From positions 64,001 to 128,000 of IMG/VR virus record IMGVR_UViG_3300029922_000013: DNA of 64,000 nucleotides. One strand, given 5' to 3'. The position numbers were made by a program, and so were the translations under genes. The notes below the pieces were generated by a model. That model saw only the letters and a program-made list of their open reading frames with translations, was not told the DNA's origin and made no database searches. Position 1 is the first letter of the stretch. Every line of letters begins with the position of its first letter. This stretch comes from a virus. Of the stretch, positions 38,323 through 49,200 are shown one piece after another.

Positions 38323-38769
38323 CTATAATTCACCGAAGACTTGCGAGAGTATCTGAAGGTCTTGATTTGATGGATTAACTATGTTTGGGACAATTGTCCC
38401 ACAAAACACTATAAAATCGCCCATCCCAAAACCTGTGACACCATCATCTGGACGAACATTCTGGAGTGATCCAGATATGCTCATGTAAATAGGATCTCCT
38501 AGACTAAAACTATATCCGGTCAAATTTTCTAACCGACCACCCGAAATGACTGGTCCGGTAGCATTCGCGGCAATCCGGACTTGCGCGTAACCAACAAAAC
38601 TGGCCACAGAAACGTCGCTACTCACATTGGTGGGATAAACAAAGCTACCAGTTATGCTTAATGGGGTTCCTTGCGGAATAGCTGTAGGATTACCATTAGT
38701 ATAGTTAGTCACAAGTGCTATACTTGATCCATTCGCTTGGCTACCAACAAAATTTGGATTATAGCTCAT
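38323..38769 (-). CDS. Structural protein, stand-alone cement/DUF2190-like domain
   Basis: GPVISGG...FSLGDPIYMSISGSL resembles the domain in both fibres. Confidence 0.55.
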   Translation of the reverse strand: MSYNPNFVGSQANGSSIALVTNYTNGNPTAIPQGTPLSITGSFVYPTNVSSDVSVASFVGYAQVRIAANATGPVISGGRLENLTGYSFSLGDPIYMSISGSLQNVRPDDGVTGFGMGDFIVFCGTIVPNIVNPSNQDLQILSQVFGEL

Positions 38770-38787
38770 ATTATAAGATTCCCCTCA

Positions 38788-41514
38788 TTAGAAGAGGTAC
38801 CAACCAGTTCCAGTGCTAATTATTGAGAATGATTCGTATTGAACCATAGTGGATACGGTGCTCAGACCGTCAATCAAGTCTCCGCCGTTACCCTGAATAA
38901 CCATCGCATTGGCTGAAGAATCGATTTTTTTCATATAAAAAATCCTCCCTGTGTTGCCGCTCGCTGTAGGTAACGTAAATGTCAGAGTTCCAGTTGTCGC
39001 ATCTGCTGCTAAGAAACAGTCCGTGGTTAAAACAGAGTATGAACTGGTCTTAACAGAAACTGGCACGGGACCGCCAGCTGCATTAAAGCCAGGCGCACCC
39101 GTAGGACCGGCGACTCCTGGAGGACCTTGAGGACCGGGAGTGCCTCCGCCACCAGCTCCACCGCCACCACCACTTAATCTAAGTTCAAGCTCATCGCCCA
39201 CCACAAGACCGTAATGGATCTGAATTTCGTTACTTGGAGCATCTAATGTGCCGACTTCGGTATAGGCGCCGCTCTCTAAGTCTAGGAACTGGCCATTTAA
39301 GAAAACTTGTAGAGTTCCTTTTCCTACCGTGTAATACTGGACTGCATTGGATTCTCTAGTATTGTTCGGAAGGAAAATATTCGTGCCAGGGGTAACTGGA
39401 CCAGTTATAGATGTTGGGGGAGTAGCTCCTGAAGCAACGATCTCTACTACTTCGTCATAAGTAGGATTATCTAGCGATTCTATAATGCTTGATATTTCTT
39501 GATCTAACTTTTTAATAGCTAGAGTTAGATTATCACCATCTTGAATGATGAAGTTTCCAACACCAGTTCCGGATGTGGAAACAAAAATTGCAAACGGAGG
39601 GCCAATATTAAAATCGGCTGGAGAAAACGTAGTACCAGCAGAGTTGTTGGTAATAGTAACTGCGTTAGCAATGTTAGTTGCAGTGAAATCTTTGAAAAAA
39701 GTTCCATTTAAAGCTGTGACCAACGCGGCAGCGGTTTGAGTAGATGTTTGCCCAGTAGCTACATCCCACTCAATTCCAGTGGCGTTGGCAACTGGCATTG
39801 GATTTATGCCGGTTCCATCTTTGTTAACCCAAACGTAATACTCTCTGCCGCCAGCAGAATAAATTAAGAAATACTGATCAGATGTCAATGTACTAGCATC
39901 GCCAGTTGTAACGTCGGTAACTTGTTTTGAGACCGTAGGACCGTTACCTTCATATATATTGTAGGCAGATACGTAAAAAGGAGTAGTGGAAGACTCAATT
40001 TGGCTACCAACGTAGGTCAAGACATTTTGGAGCTGTGGACCAGAAATTTCTTCGGAATCACCTTGTTGAAGATCAGTTCCTAGCCATTTAACATAAACTC
40101 TAGGAATTGCTCCGCCATCATCTTCTCGAACAAATAGCCAGAAGGTGCTTGGGCTGATTGGTACCGCACCGCGACCTGCAAGTTGAATATCTCTCAAGCC
40201 ACCCGTAACGCCTGGCAAAGTATATGAGCCGTAGGCGTACAAAGAGGGAGCACCTGAAGAGCTTGTACTAGATCCTGTAAATACTTGAGTTAAAGTTACT
40301 TGAGAAGAAGAGTTAATGGTTTGAATCTGGTAATATCCAGCATGAGTGCTAGAAGCCAGACGAATCCAATCACCAAATCCATTTGCTGTGACGCTATAAA
40401 GTCCAGAAGTCCAAGCAACATTTCCAACCGAAGTTACGACAGCGCTTGAGTTGGTCCAAATCAGATTTGGCGCAACGGGAACATCTCTGGTAAGTTCTAT
40501 GTAGGCTACTTCATTATCACTTAAAGTGACAGTAGTACCAGAAGGATTGGTTGCGATTTGATAACTTAAATTTGCACCAATTATCTTCAGATTTATTGGA
40601 CTAGACCAGTTTATGAGGCCGGCTGTAGTAGCGCTATGAGTGATGGCACCAGTTCCAGTCATTACAGTTGCTGTAGCATCTTCTCTAAGAAGAGGAACCG
40701 ACCCAACGTTACTGGATGTGAATGAGTACCAATAAGGGCCACCATTAAGGCCCAGCAATTGGGTCATTACGGCGTCCATCCAATCCTTGAGATCTGTTAT
40801 GCCTTTATCGCCACCAAAAAATGGATTGCTGGAATTGGAAGTAGTGGTAGTGTTATTTTCGGTCTGACCTTCAGGCCATGGAAACGTGTGGAATGGGTTT
40901 GGACTTGCTCCACCAGTTCCTAAGCGTAATAGAAGTGGTCTTGAATCAGTAATAGAAACGACGTTATTGCTAGAATCTGTTTGGATTATAGCCAAAGGCA
41001 AAACATTTGTTGCCCAAAGGGTGGCCGTGATCACGAACTTGTAGTTCATGGTTATGGCCGCTGGAGCTATACCCTCGTCTTCTTCGTCACTGGTGGGGTC
41101 CCAAAAATAACGCTGAGTATCGGTCGTAGCATCTTGAAAACGGTAATAGTCTATCCCAACATAGTTGTTGGCATTAGGGACAAAAGACCCAATCACGTTG
41201 GCGACTGTGGCAGCATTCAGGGTGACATTAGGAGTACCAGTTGGGACTAGAAAGAAAGTACCTGATTGAGAAGCGGTGGTATGTAGTAGTGAGCTATTGG
41301 CAACGATGACCTGCAAATTAGAGGCGGCGCCCGTAATAGGGGCAGCAGACATGTTTATAGCGAAACCATTGATAATATAGGGGGTATCTGGTCCAGATAT
41401 GAGAGCCTCTGCGACTAGATCAAAGTCTGCAGACGCAGCGCTTTCGATCGCACGCATGTCCGAGACTTCTTCTCGCATTTGAGAAAGCTGATTAACTCTC
41501 CTAATAATAGCCAT
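38788..41514 (-). CDS. Baseplate or fibre protein with short collagen-like segment
   Basis: Structural module context; GTPGPQGPPGVAGPTGAPG; C-terminal TLPTA...GRIFYMKKID fibre domain. Confidence 0.65.
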   Translation of the reverse strand: MAIIRRVNQLSQMREEVSDMRAIESAASADFDLVAEALISGPDTPYIINGFAINMSAAPITGAASNLQVIVANSSLLHTTASQSGTFFLVPTGTPNVTLNAATVANVIGSFVPNANNYVGIDYYRFQDATTDTQRYFWDPTSDEEDEGIAPAAITMNYKFVITATLWATNVLPLAIIQTDSSNNVVSITDSRPLLLRLGTGGASPNPFHTFPWPEGQTENNTTTTSNSSNPFFGGDKGITDLKDWMDAVMTQLLGLNGGPYWYSFTSSNVGSVPLLREDATATVMTGTGAITHSATTAGLINWSSPINLKIIGANLSYQIATNPSGTTVTLSDNEVAYIELTRDVPVAPNLIWTNSSAVVTSVGNVAWTSGLYSVTANGFGDWIRLASSTHAGYYQIQTINSSSQVTLTQVFTGSSTSSSGAPSLYAYGSYTLPGVTGGLRDIQLAGRGAVPISPSTFWLFVREDDGGAIPRVYVKWLGTDLQQGDSEEISGPQLQNVLTYVGSQIESSTTPFYVSAYNIYEGNGPTVSKQVTDVTTGDASTLTSDQYFLIYSAGGREYYVWVNKDGTGINPMPVANATGIEWDVATGQTSTQTAAALVTALNGTFFKDFTATNIANAVTITNNSAGTTFSPADFNIGPPFAIFVSTSGTGVGNFIIQDGDNLTLAIKKLDQEISSIIESLDNPTYDEVVEIVASGATPPTSITGPVTPGTNIFLPNNTRESNAVQYYTVGKGTLQVFLNGQFLDLESGAYTEVGTLDAPSNEIQIHYGLVVGDELELRLSGGGGGAGGGGTPGPQGPPGVAGPTGAPGFNAAGGPVPVSVKTSSYSVLTTDCFLAADATTGTLTFTLPTASGNTGRIFYMKKIDSSANAMVIQGNGGDLIDGLSTVSTMVQYESFSIISTGTGWYLF

Positions 41515-41579
41515 TATTTCACCAACTTATGTAAGTTTATTAGAAAAGACATACTAGCCCTCTAGGATACACTCTAAGG

Positions 41580-41587
41580 TAAAGATT
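41580..41587 (-). promoter_or_regulatory. AATCTTTA putative late promoter
   Basis: Octamer upstream of the 908-aa gene. Confidence 0.6.
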
Positions 41588-41606
41588 CCTATTTGTTTTA
41601 TATCAC

Positions 41607-41636
41607 TTGACTTCCAATCTTTACCTATGATAGAGT
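41607..41636 (+). promoter_or_regulatory. sigma70 promoter (leaderless) with AATCTTTA inside its spacer
   Basis: TTGACT-N18-TAGAGT; AATCTTTA at 41616-41623; ATG 6 nt downstream. Confidence 0.6.
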
Positions 41637-41642
41637 CAAGAC

Positions 41643-42035
41643 ATGAGGTATTCCACAGTGGGGAAATCCAAGGACCGTACTGGTGAAATTAGTAGGGAAC
41701 AGAGATTTGTTAAGGAAAATCAAGCACTTAAGCGTGAAAATAGTCGCCTTCGTAAACTATTAGCTCGCATAGATCTAGATCGTTATGATCAAGTACGTGA
41801 AATCATAGAAGAACATTATTCCGAAAGGAAAAATGAGGGACAAGAGATTCTTGATAAAATGAAAGAAGAGTGGCGTTGCCACCAGTGTAGAACCGGTTTG
41901 TTGGAGATTTTTCTATTTAATAAAATAAATGAAACCTATTATTATCGTAAATGTAATGGTTGCACAAATCGTACCAAAAGCAAGAAATACACTCCGAGTG
42001 TTCGTGGGATCATAAAGAAAGAAGAAAGTAAATAA
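41643..42035 (+). CDS. Coiled-coil plus zinc-ribbon protein
   Basis: CHQC...CNGC. Confidence 0.7.
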   Translation: MRYSTVGKSKDRTGEISREQRFVKENQALKRENSRLRKLLARIDLDRYDQVREIIEEHYSERKNEGQEILDKMKEEWRCHQCRTGLLEIFLFNKINETYYYRKCNGCTNRTKSKKYTPSVRGIIKKEESK

Positions 42036-42253
42036 TGGAATTTGTAGAAGGCCAAGTTGTTATTTGTGGAACAGGACAATGTGGAACTATAGCCCAAAAA
42101 TCGGGCAAAGAGATCTGGATATTATTGAGAAACGGAGACCTTTTTGTAGGTCAGGACTACCAAATCAGGGTTCCTCAATCCCAAGAAGATCTAGATTCCT
42201 GCCCTTTAAACGTAGATCGTGTTGAGACCAAAAGAGAAACTAGGGAGCGTTAA
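42035..42253 (+). CDS. Hypothetical small beta-rich protein
   Basis: Coupled ORF. Confidence 0.65.
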   Translation: MEFVEGQVVICGTGQCGTIAQKSGKEIWILLRNGDLFVGQDYQIRVPQSQEDLDSCPLNVDRVETKRETRER

Positions 42254-43002
42254 GTCACCCACCACTTCGAATACGGATTTTGGTCCAATCCTTTAGGATT
42301 GTAGTAGATCGCAGCCACATCGTTCATCTTATTGGGGTAATCCTTAGCCAGTCTGCGAAGCCATATCAAAGAAGCTAACAAACACATAAAGCTAGTTTTC
42401 TTAGTGTTGTTTTGCAAATGCCATGCTAAACGTCTAGAATCGGTATCTCCAGTAGGAGTTCCTATGCAAGAAATGGCAATAGAACCTGCAGCTACAAAGT
42501 AAACTGGAAAAGACAGGATTCTAATCAACCAGTGAAAAGGATTTAGCAATGATGGGAAAGCTGCAGATACCATAGCAGCCACCAACTGCGGCTGTCTAAC
42601 AAGAAAACTTTGCAAAGTCTTCGTTCCAGGATTCACATTATTCAAAAAACCTAGGTATTTTATGCAAGCCCAAAATAGTGTTCTGGGGATATCGGTATTT
42701 TTTAATTCAATGCAACCATTAAGTACCGCTAAAATATTATCTGGACCGTCTTGACCGTCATTTTGACCTACAGGAACACGATTGAGCAAACCTTCAGGCC
42801 CAATACACCTATCTATCATATGTTCAAAGCTAAGTTCGTCTGATACAGTAAGTTGACCATTTTTCTTAAGAATAATATACATCTCAGAGGTATACATTGT
42901 ACCATTATCTGACCCACTTTGATTTGATGCCCAAGATCCGGGCTGGGGCGAATTTAGTCCATTACCGTCAATATAGCTCTTAAAATCATCTATAATATCC
43001 AT
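42250..43002 (-). CDS. Hypothetical protein with hydrophobic segments
   Basis: 250-aa ORF starting 5 nt after AATCTTTA. Confidence 0.7.
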   Translation of the reverse strand: MDIIDDFKSYIDGNGLNSPQPGSWASNQSGSDNGTMYTSEMYIILKKNGQLTVSDELSFEHMIDRCIGPEGLLNRVPVGQNDGQDGPDNILAVLNGCIELKNTDIPRTLFWACIKYLGFLNNVNPGTKTLQSFLVRQPQLVAAMVSAAFPSLLNPFHWLIRILSFPVYFVAAGSIAISCIGTPTGDTDSRRLAWHLQNNTKKTSFMCLLASLIWLRRLAKDYPNKMNDVAAIYYNPKGLDQNPYSKWWVT

Positions 43003-43007
43003 ATCTG

Positions 43008-43015
43008 TAAAGATT
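43008..43015 (-). promoter_or_regulatory. AATCTTTA putative late promoter (leaderless)
   Basis: GCAATCTTTA-cagat-ATG. Confidence 0.65.
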
Positions 43016-43026
43016 GCGCTTTTTTG

Positions 43027-43055
43027 TTGACTTTTTGCTAGAAGCTTGGTAGTCT
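43027..43055 (+). promoter_or_regulatory. sigma70-type promoter
   Basis: TTGACT-N17-TAGTCT, TG extension, AGGAGG SD. Confidence 0.7.
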
Positions 43056-43073
43056 GGTTATAGGAGGATACAT

Positions 43074-43541
43074 ATGACCTATTTATCCATTATGGCAGCG
43101 GCAGCAAAGGCAGCTCATGTATCAACAACACTACTTTATGCAATTTGTGCACACGAATCCAAAGATTTTTCATTAGATTTCGCAGAATACGACAATGGTA
43201 GCCCATCGTATGGGGTGTGCCAAGTTAAAGAAGACACAGCTAGATTTTTAGGTTTTAAAGGAAAATCTATGGAACTTAGAAATCCTATGATTGGAGCAAA
43301 GTACGCCGCTCTATATTTAAAATATCAACTAGATCGTTATAGCGGAAATGTATATAAAGCAGTTGCGGCCTATAACGCAGGTTCGTTTATTGAAAGCAAG
43401 AAACGTCCTGGTTTTGCTGCGAATCATAAATACATCAATCTCGTAAAACAAAAGCTTGACAAACGTCTGCAACACGTACTAGATAGTAACAACACGAATT
43501 ATTTTATTGACAAAATGGAGTTAAGCTATGAAAGTCGTTAA
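43074..43541 (+). CDS. Lytic transglycosylase (SLT domain)
   Basis: AICAHES (catalytic Glu), YGVCQV, YLK, AAYNAG. Confidence 0.88.
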   Translation: MTYLSIMAAAAKAAHVSTTLLYAICAHESKDFSLDFAEYDNGSPSYGVCQVKEDTARFLGFKGKSMELRNPMIGAKYAALYLKYQLDRYSGNVYKAVAAYNAGSFIESKKRPGFAANHKYINLVKQKLDKRLQHVLDSNNTNYFIDKMELSYESR

Positions 43542-43902
43542 ATTAACTAAAAAAATGCTTGCTATGTATCCGGACGATCTGCTAGTTAAACTAGGAGCAG
43601 TTAATAATAGCAAAACAGTCGTGTATCCGTGTCATGTTTATTTTTCTGAGAAGGACTATGAAACTTTGAAAAATTCTTTAAAGAAAAAAATAAAAAAGGA
43701 AATGGTTTGGGCTACTGAAAAACATATCAAGACCGTTGTAGAATTTGAGCTACTTAATGTTGGTCCAAACGAAGGGTTGAAAAAAGCTATCAAACCTGGA
43801 TTTGCTATTATAGATGTGGAATCTATTAGAAATGAAAATATGGACAAAGAATTGACTAAATCTCTAGAATATTATAAAAGAGAAAATAGTGAAATTCAAT
43901 AA
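43528..43902 (+). CDS. Hypothetical protein
   Basis: Overlapping ORF with GGAG SD. Confidence 0.65.
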   Translation: MKVVKLTKKMLAMYPDDLLVKLGAVNNSKTVVYPCHVYFSEKDYETLKNSLKKKIKKEMVWATEKHIKTVVEFELLNVGPNEGLKKAIKPGFAIIDVESIRNENMDKELTKSLEYYKRENSEIQ

Positions 43903-44328
43903 TTAAGAACGGTCTAGTGCAAAATACGGAACGATGCCCTTAAATGAAAAGTTAAGGCGATAAGTCCCCTTTGTAGGAACGGTATGATCTTCAGAAGTAA
44001 CCTTGCACTGTGGAATAAATACGATATCTTCTGCCGTGCTACGATCGGTGACTCTTAAACTGACGTAAGGTGCAGCTGACACATCAGTAAAAAGGGGGCG
44101 TAGAGTTTTACCTTGAAGGCCACCACTCATCTTTAAACGAAAGCCGCGAATATTTCCGCTAACTGAGATTTTACCACCGGCAATTTCTTGAGGATACGGA
44201 CTATCGATACCCCAAATCTCTTCCTCCCCATACGATATGGTAAAAGAAACGTCGGCTACTTCTTTATATAAAGCATTATTCCAATAAATGGTGATTAATG
44301 CCCCTGTTATCGTTACTGGCGCTGCCAT
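43903..44328 (-). CDS. Tail tube-fold protein
   Basis: 141 aa, beta-rich, EEIWGIDSPYPQEI; baseplate context. Confidence 0.55.
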   Translation of the reverse strand: MAAPVTITGALITIYWNNALYKEVADVSFTISYGEEEIWGIDSPYPQEIAGGKISVSGNIRGFRLKMSGGLQGKTLRPLFTDVSAAPYVSLRVTDRSTAEDIVFIPQCKVTSEDHTVPTKGTYRLNFSFKGIVPYFALDRS

Positions 44329-44339
44329 ATTAAATCCCT

Positions 44340-46283
44340 TTACGTACTAAATTGTGGCCAAATCAAATTGTTCCCGGCTACAGGATCTGCGCCGTACAGA
44401 TAGGCTATTTCCGAATACTGTGTCCCAGCTTTTCCCGTGCCAATATCATTGGGGTACAAAATGGTAAACACAATCGAGATACCAGCTGCGGTTATTTGGC
44501 GTATCAAATCTTGTGCATAAACTCTGCCATCAGCTACATTGGTGAGGAAGAACTCGTAATCCGTCCCATTTAGAGCCAGACTAACGGGTGCTTTTTTAGA
44601 CACTAGTCTTATTTCTTGTCCTGCGGGGTGATCAAATTGCAAGTTATTTACCGGACTTAAAAGTATAGTTGTACTTGAAGGAACTACTATATAGCTAGCG
44701 ATTTCTTGAGTAGGTCCGCCGTAATCAAATACCACGTAACCAGGGCTATTGGGGAATCCCACGCTATTTTCTACTTGGATGAGATCTCCAGTGGAAGCAT
44801 TGAAATCTTGCTCAATCGTAGAATGTTCAGCACCAACCGTGAAAGATTGAGTTGTGTCGTAAACATAAGGACCAGGCTGGTTGGGCTCCAGTGAAATATT
44901 GGACCCTAAAGGACCGCTAGCCGTTATGCCAGCTATGCCGGTGTAAGAAACTGTGAGCGTATTTGACAAGGCGTTATTTTGGATATAAACAGTGTCAACA
45001 CCATTTACAACGTTCGTCAATCCAACTAGACCGGTGTTCGTGGCGTTTATAGCTGCTGCCATATTGGCGACCGTTTGTGGTATCGTCGCCCCAATAACAA
45101 AGTTCGTTCCAGCAACTAATGTTATAAGCGATGTTACGGCAAATTGATCACCTGAATTAGGTTGAGAGTTGAAACCATACGTTCCACTGGGTGGATCGTG
45201 TAGGTGAGCTGATCCAGCTCTTCCCCGTCTAATAACTGTCGTGGTAGCCGGCAAGAATATGTGAATTACGTTGGTAGTAGTTTGATATAGAGCCGCGTAA
45301 TACCCGTTACTTTGGATAGTTCTCTTGATTGGACTAAAGAATAGGACTGCCGTATTACTTCCTTGAGTCACAATTCCCGTGGTTCCCAAAGGATTGTAGA
45401 CTTCAAAGTAAGAACTGCCGATCACTCCACCTTGAGAATCTGTCACCGTATAAGTGCCCACATTAGAAGAAGAAGAGAATCCTCCTCCATAAATGTTGAC
45501 ATAATCGTTTGGTATTAATTTGCCTAAGTTTGGATTTGCTCCGCCAGACCAAGTAAATCTAATTTTACCAGCGGATTGTACGCTAAGGGTCCATTGGGTT
45601 GAGGCATTTCCACCGGCTGCTGCTGGGGAGGGGAAGATCAGTACGTTTTGGGCGCTACCACCCAATACGGTAACAGAGGATCTGGGTCCTATGGTATTAC
45701 TTACAAGTTCTACATAATTACCAGAACCATCATTTTTTATTGTGGCCAGCCCAGTTAGATTTTGGCTAGTCAAATAAGCAACGATAGCATCGGCAACCTC
45801 GATAGCTTTGGCGCTATTTATATTTGTGAAGCTTGCGGCCTGAAAAGGAATAGTAACCGTTTTACCACCATCAAAATTCACAATTAACGTATCGCCATCC
45901 TGGAGATTGTATGGCTCAATCATCGTACAAGAATCGGTTGCCTTACAGAATTCATCTCCAAAAATGATGTCGAGAAGATTATTTATAAGATCCCTAACTT
46001 GCTTACGATTCTTGACTTGAAGACCAATTTCTCTGAACACATCGTCACCCAAACCAAGGCTGGGCGGGCGAGTTATTCCGTATTGGGCCAACAAAAGATC
46101 GAGATATTGAGCGGAAGCGGTAGTAATGAAAAGGTTTTGATTTACGGCGTAAACTGAATTGACCAAATAACTGGTAGAACTTGCAATAGAATTTAAGACA
46201 GCATCAGTATTTTTCCCATGGATGGCAGGATTTAGATAACTGCGAAGTCTTTCATATTCGGACTGTTGTGTTGCTATTGCCAT
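44340..46283 (-). CDS. Baseplate wedge protein
   Basis: TASAQYLD..L..YGITRP..LGDDVFR (gpI-like N-terminus); C-terminal ITAAGI; follows baseplate J. Confidence 0.7.
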   Translation of the reverse strand: MAIATQQSEYERLRSYLNPAIHGKNTDAVLNSIASSTSYLVNSVYAVNQNLFITTASAQYLDLLLAQYGITRPPSLGLGDDVFREIGLQVKNRKQVRDLINNLLDIIFGDEFCKATDSCTMIEPYNLQDGDTLIVNFDGGKTVTIPFQAASFTNINSAKAIEVADAIVAYLTSQNLTGLATIKNDGSGNYVELVSNTIGPRSSVTVLGGSAQNVLIFPSPAAAGGNASTQWTLSVQSAGKIRFTWSGGANPNLGKLIPNDYVNIYGGGFSSSSNVGTYTVTDSQGGVIGSSYFEVYNPLGTTGIVTQGSNTAVLFFSPIKRTIQSNGYYAALYQTTTNVIHIFLPATTTVIRRGRAGSAHLHDPPSGTYGFNSQPNSGDQFAVTSLITLVAGTNFVIGATIPQTVANMAAAINATNTGLVGLTNVVNGVDTVYIQNNALSNTLTVSYTGIAGITASGPLGSNISLEPNQPGPYVYDTTQSFTVGAEHSTIEQDFNASTGDLIQVENSVGFPNSPGYVVFDYGGPTQEIASYIVVPSSTTILLSPVNNLQFDHPAGQEIRLVSKKAPVSLALNGTDYEFFLTNVADGRVYAQDLIRQITAAGISIVFTILYPNDIGTGKAGTQYSEIAYLYGADPVAGNNLIWPQFST

Positions 46284-46293
46284 ATATATCCCT

Positions 46294-49200
46294 TTACGTA
46301 ATCAAAGAGACTGAAATATTCTGGCTTGGGTCCAAAATAAAAGTTTGTTCACTAGGCTGTACTACGATCAAATCGTTGTTCTCATTATAAAGTGGACTAG
46401 AAATTGCAACACTTATAACCCCAGGTATCGTAGTGCATACAGCTATTATATTTGATATCGCTATGGATTGCCCAACGGGATTTGAGCTTATCAAAGCAGC
46501 CACGTTATTTCTAACTTGTTGTGAAATGGATGAGAATGGAGCCCCAGTTTGAAGTCTCACTTCCAAAGCCAGATTAACTACCAGCGCTAAAGGCTCTCTC
46601 ACAAACACATCAGTTCCGGCAGCGACTACTCCGGGAAATGTCAAAGGATCTGTAGGATCTCCATATAAAATTCTATTGGCTTCCTGAATGAGTCCAGTAT
46701 TATACTTATATCCATCCAATCCCTGGCTAACCGTAGTCGGGAAGTTTAGCTTGTCTAGAGAGGTTACTACTACTCCGGCAGCCTGATTTATCTTTTCGTA
46801 TTGAGCAACTGTATCAAAAAGAATCTCGTTTAAAGCAGGTGATCCAGGTTGTGGCGCTACTAGATAGGTATGCTTGTAACCAGAGTAGGGAACGCCTTCT
46901 TCGATATAGAAGGACGATAACAAGCCAGTAAGATTTACCGTGCTGGCAGCTGTTAGGACACCTTTGACAATGATGTTATTTTCATCGATTAGTTGGGTGA
47001 CCGGATAAGTCCCAGCATTGGAAGTGCCTATGGAACTTGTAAAAGCAGTAAAAGTAATGGTTGCATCTCCGGTACCGCTAGTTTTTGTCAAAGTACCCGT
47101 ATTCGTTGGAGTTCCAGTACCCGCAGTCACCAACGTATTGGCGCCCGCGATGGTATTAGTTACCACAAAAGTCTGACTATTGTTTGTGTAAGTAGCCCCT
47201 TCAGTAGCACTCGCCGTGGTCACCGTGAAAGTGTATTGTTGACCATCAAAAGCCGTGCCAGATATGACCAAATCGTCCCCTACTACAGTATCTTCATATT
47301 CATAAAAAGTAAGAGATCCGGAACTCAATACGACTTCTTCTTCTAAAGCGTCGGCATTTTGAATCCAGAAACTATCATTGAACGTTCTTATAACTCTGTA
47401 AGATCCCTGATTAGGTCCTGAGAACGGGCCAGCTACTACTACCGTATCACCTTCCATAACACCAGTAGAAGCCTGAAAAGTAACCCCAGCAGTTACCATT
47501 TCAGCTCCCGTAGCCACGGCATTAGGGTTGGTTACCTGTAATATATTGGAACTAACCCCAGTTACAATAAAAGTACCGCTGTTAGGAGCTGATGATGGCA
47601 TATCTATCGTAACCAATTCGCCGATCGATAAGCCGCTAAAAACAGTACTGCCCAGTAAAATAGTGTATTTAGAATCATTAGTTCCAGGAACCAAGGCTAC
47701 ATTAAAAATGTCTCCATTTGTACTATTAAAATTGACTGGAACTGTCAAAAACTGAGGACTACTAGTAGAACCTACATAGCTAAAACAAACTAAATTCCCC
47801 TGATTTTCTACCCTGAATGTAAGTCCTGTCAATCCACTAATCACACGGGGCTGTCCAAAGTATCTCTGAGTTGAGTTTATTCCAGACAAAGAAATTTGAC
47901 TAAATCCAGCAGATGGCGTATTAGGTAGAATTGTTACATCAGTATTGTTGCCAAACAAAGTGTCTTTTTGTTGTGTGTACGTAGCTTGTAACCTAAACCA
48001 TTGGTCGCTTAGCACATAACCAGAAGGAATGATGGATGCCGATATCGCTGCGTAAGTATTATCTATATTTAAAGCGCCGTTGATAACAGGGAAAGTATAT
48101 CCATTTGCAGCACCTCCAACAACATCTACGTATCCACCAGAACCGAAGGTATCAGAGGATATTTCTAGTTCGGAATCTCTATTGGCTGTATTGATAAGGC
48201 TCGTCGTTGTTATTCCGCTTACGGGAAGAACATTCACAAATTGATATACTTGATCTATGGTAGTAGGCGAGAACATGATAGTTTCGCCATTATTGAAAGC
48301 GTATCCCACATCTGTCGGCAAAGAAAGCGGATTCTTCAATACAAACTGAGGTGAGCCGGTATTCACAAACGTTAGTGTAGTTTGAGTATTGTTACCAGTA
48401 GCAGCTGGAGAAATAGTAACAGCAGGCCCATTAACACTCACTACTGTTGTGCCGCCTGAAATGCCAGCACCGGATACTGCGGCACCAGGCCTAATTCCAT
48501 TGGTTGGAGATATGTCAGTTAAAATGTTGCTACCAGTAGAAGTGGTTCCATCGACAACAGTAGTATTATTGATTAAATTGCTATACAAAAGCCAATTCAT
48601 GCCATCGAGGAGCTGAGCACTTGCGTTAGCCGTGATGATACCTGCTCCCGGTGTTCCTCCAGAACCATCGTCAACAACAGTAGCCGTAATATATGTGGGC
48701 AAATTAGTGGTTACATATGCTGCAACTGCTGTAGCCGTAGTGGCGGGTGGGACAGTAATCGTAATATTTACAGTATTTGTTATAGTGACAGAATTGGTAA
48801 TAGAACTTGCGGCACCATTGAAAATATAGCTGACTATAATTTCTTGACCCGTTGTGCCCCATGGAACGGACCTATACAAGATAGAGCTTTGTTGGGTAGT
48901 GCTACTCAAAGTTTTCTTGGCTTGCATCAAAACTCTGTAGTTATTGAAAACAAAATTTGGACCAAAGGAAGTGGCGAAGTTACCGGTTGGTGCGTAATCC
49001 TTATCGTAAGCATTGAAATTGTGGGAATTAACCGCATAAGAGGTGTTGGTTAAAGCTCTTCTGTAGAGAGGTACCTGGAACGTATTGTTGACTGGGTTAT
49101 TGTCAATAATAGCTACCAACGAGTCATTGTTCCCAAATGACAGCGGGTTGGACAAGAAATACCGATCATTAGTTCTGAGTCTTCTTACGTCTGGATCGTA

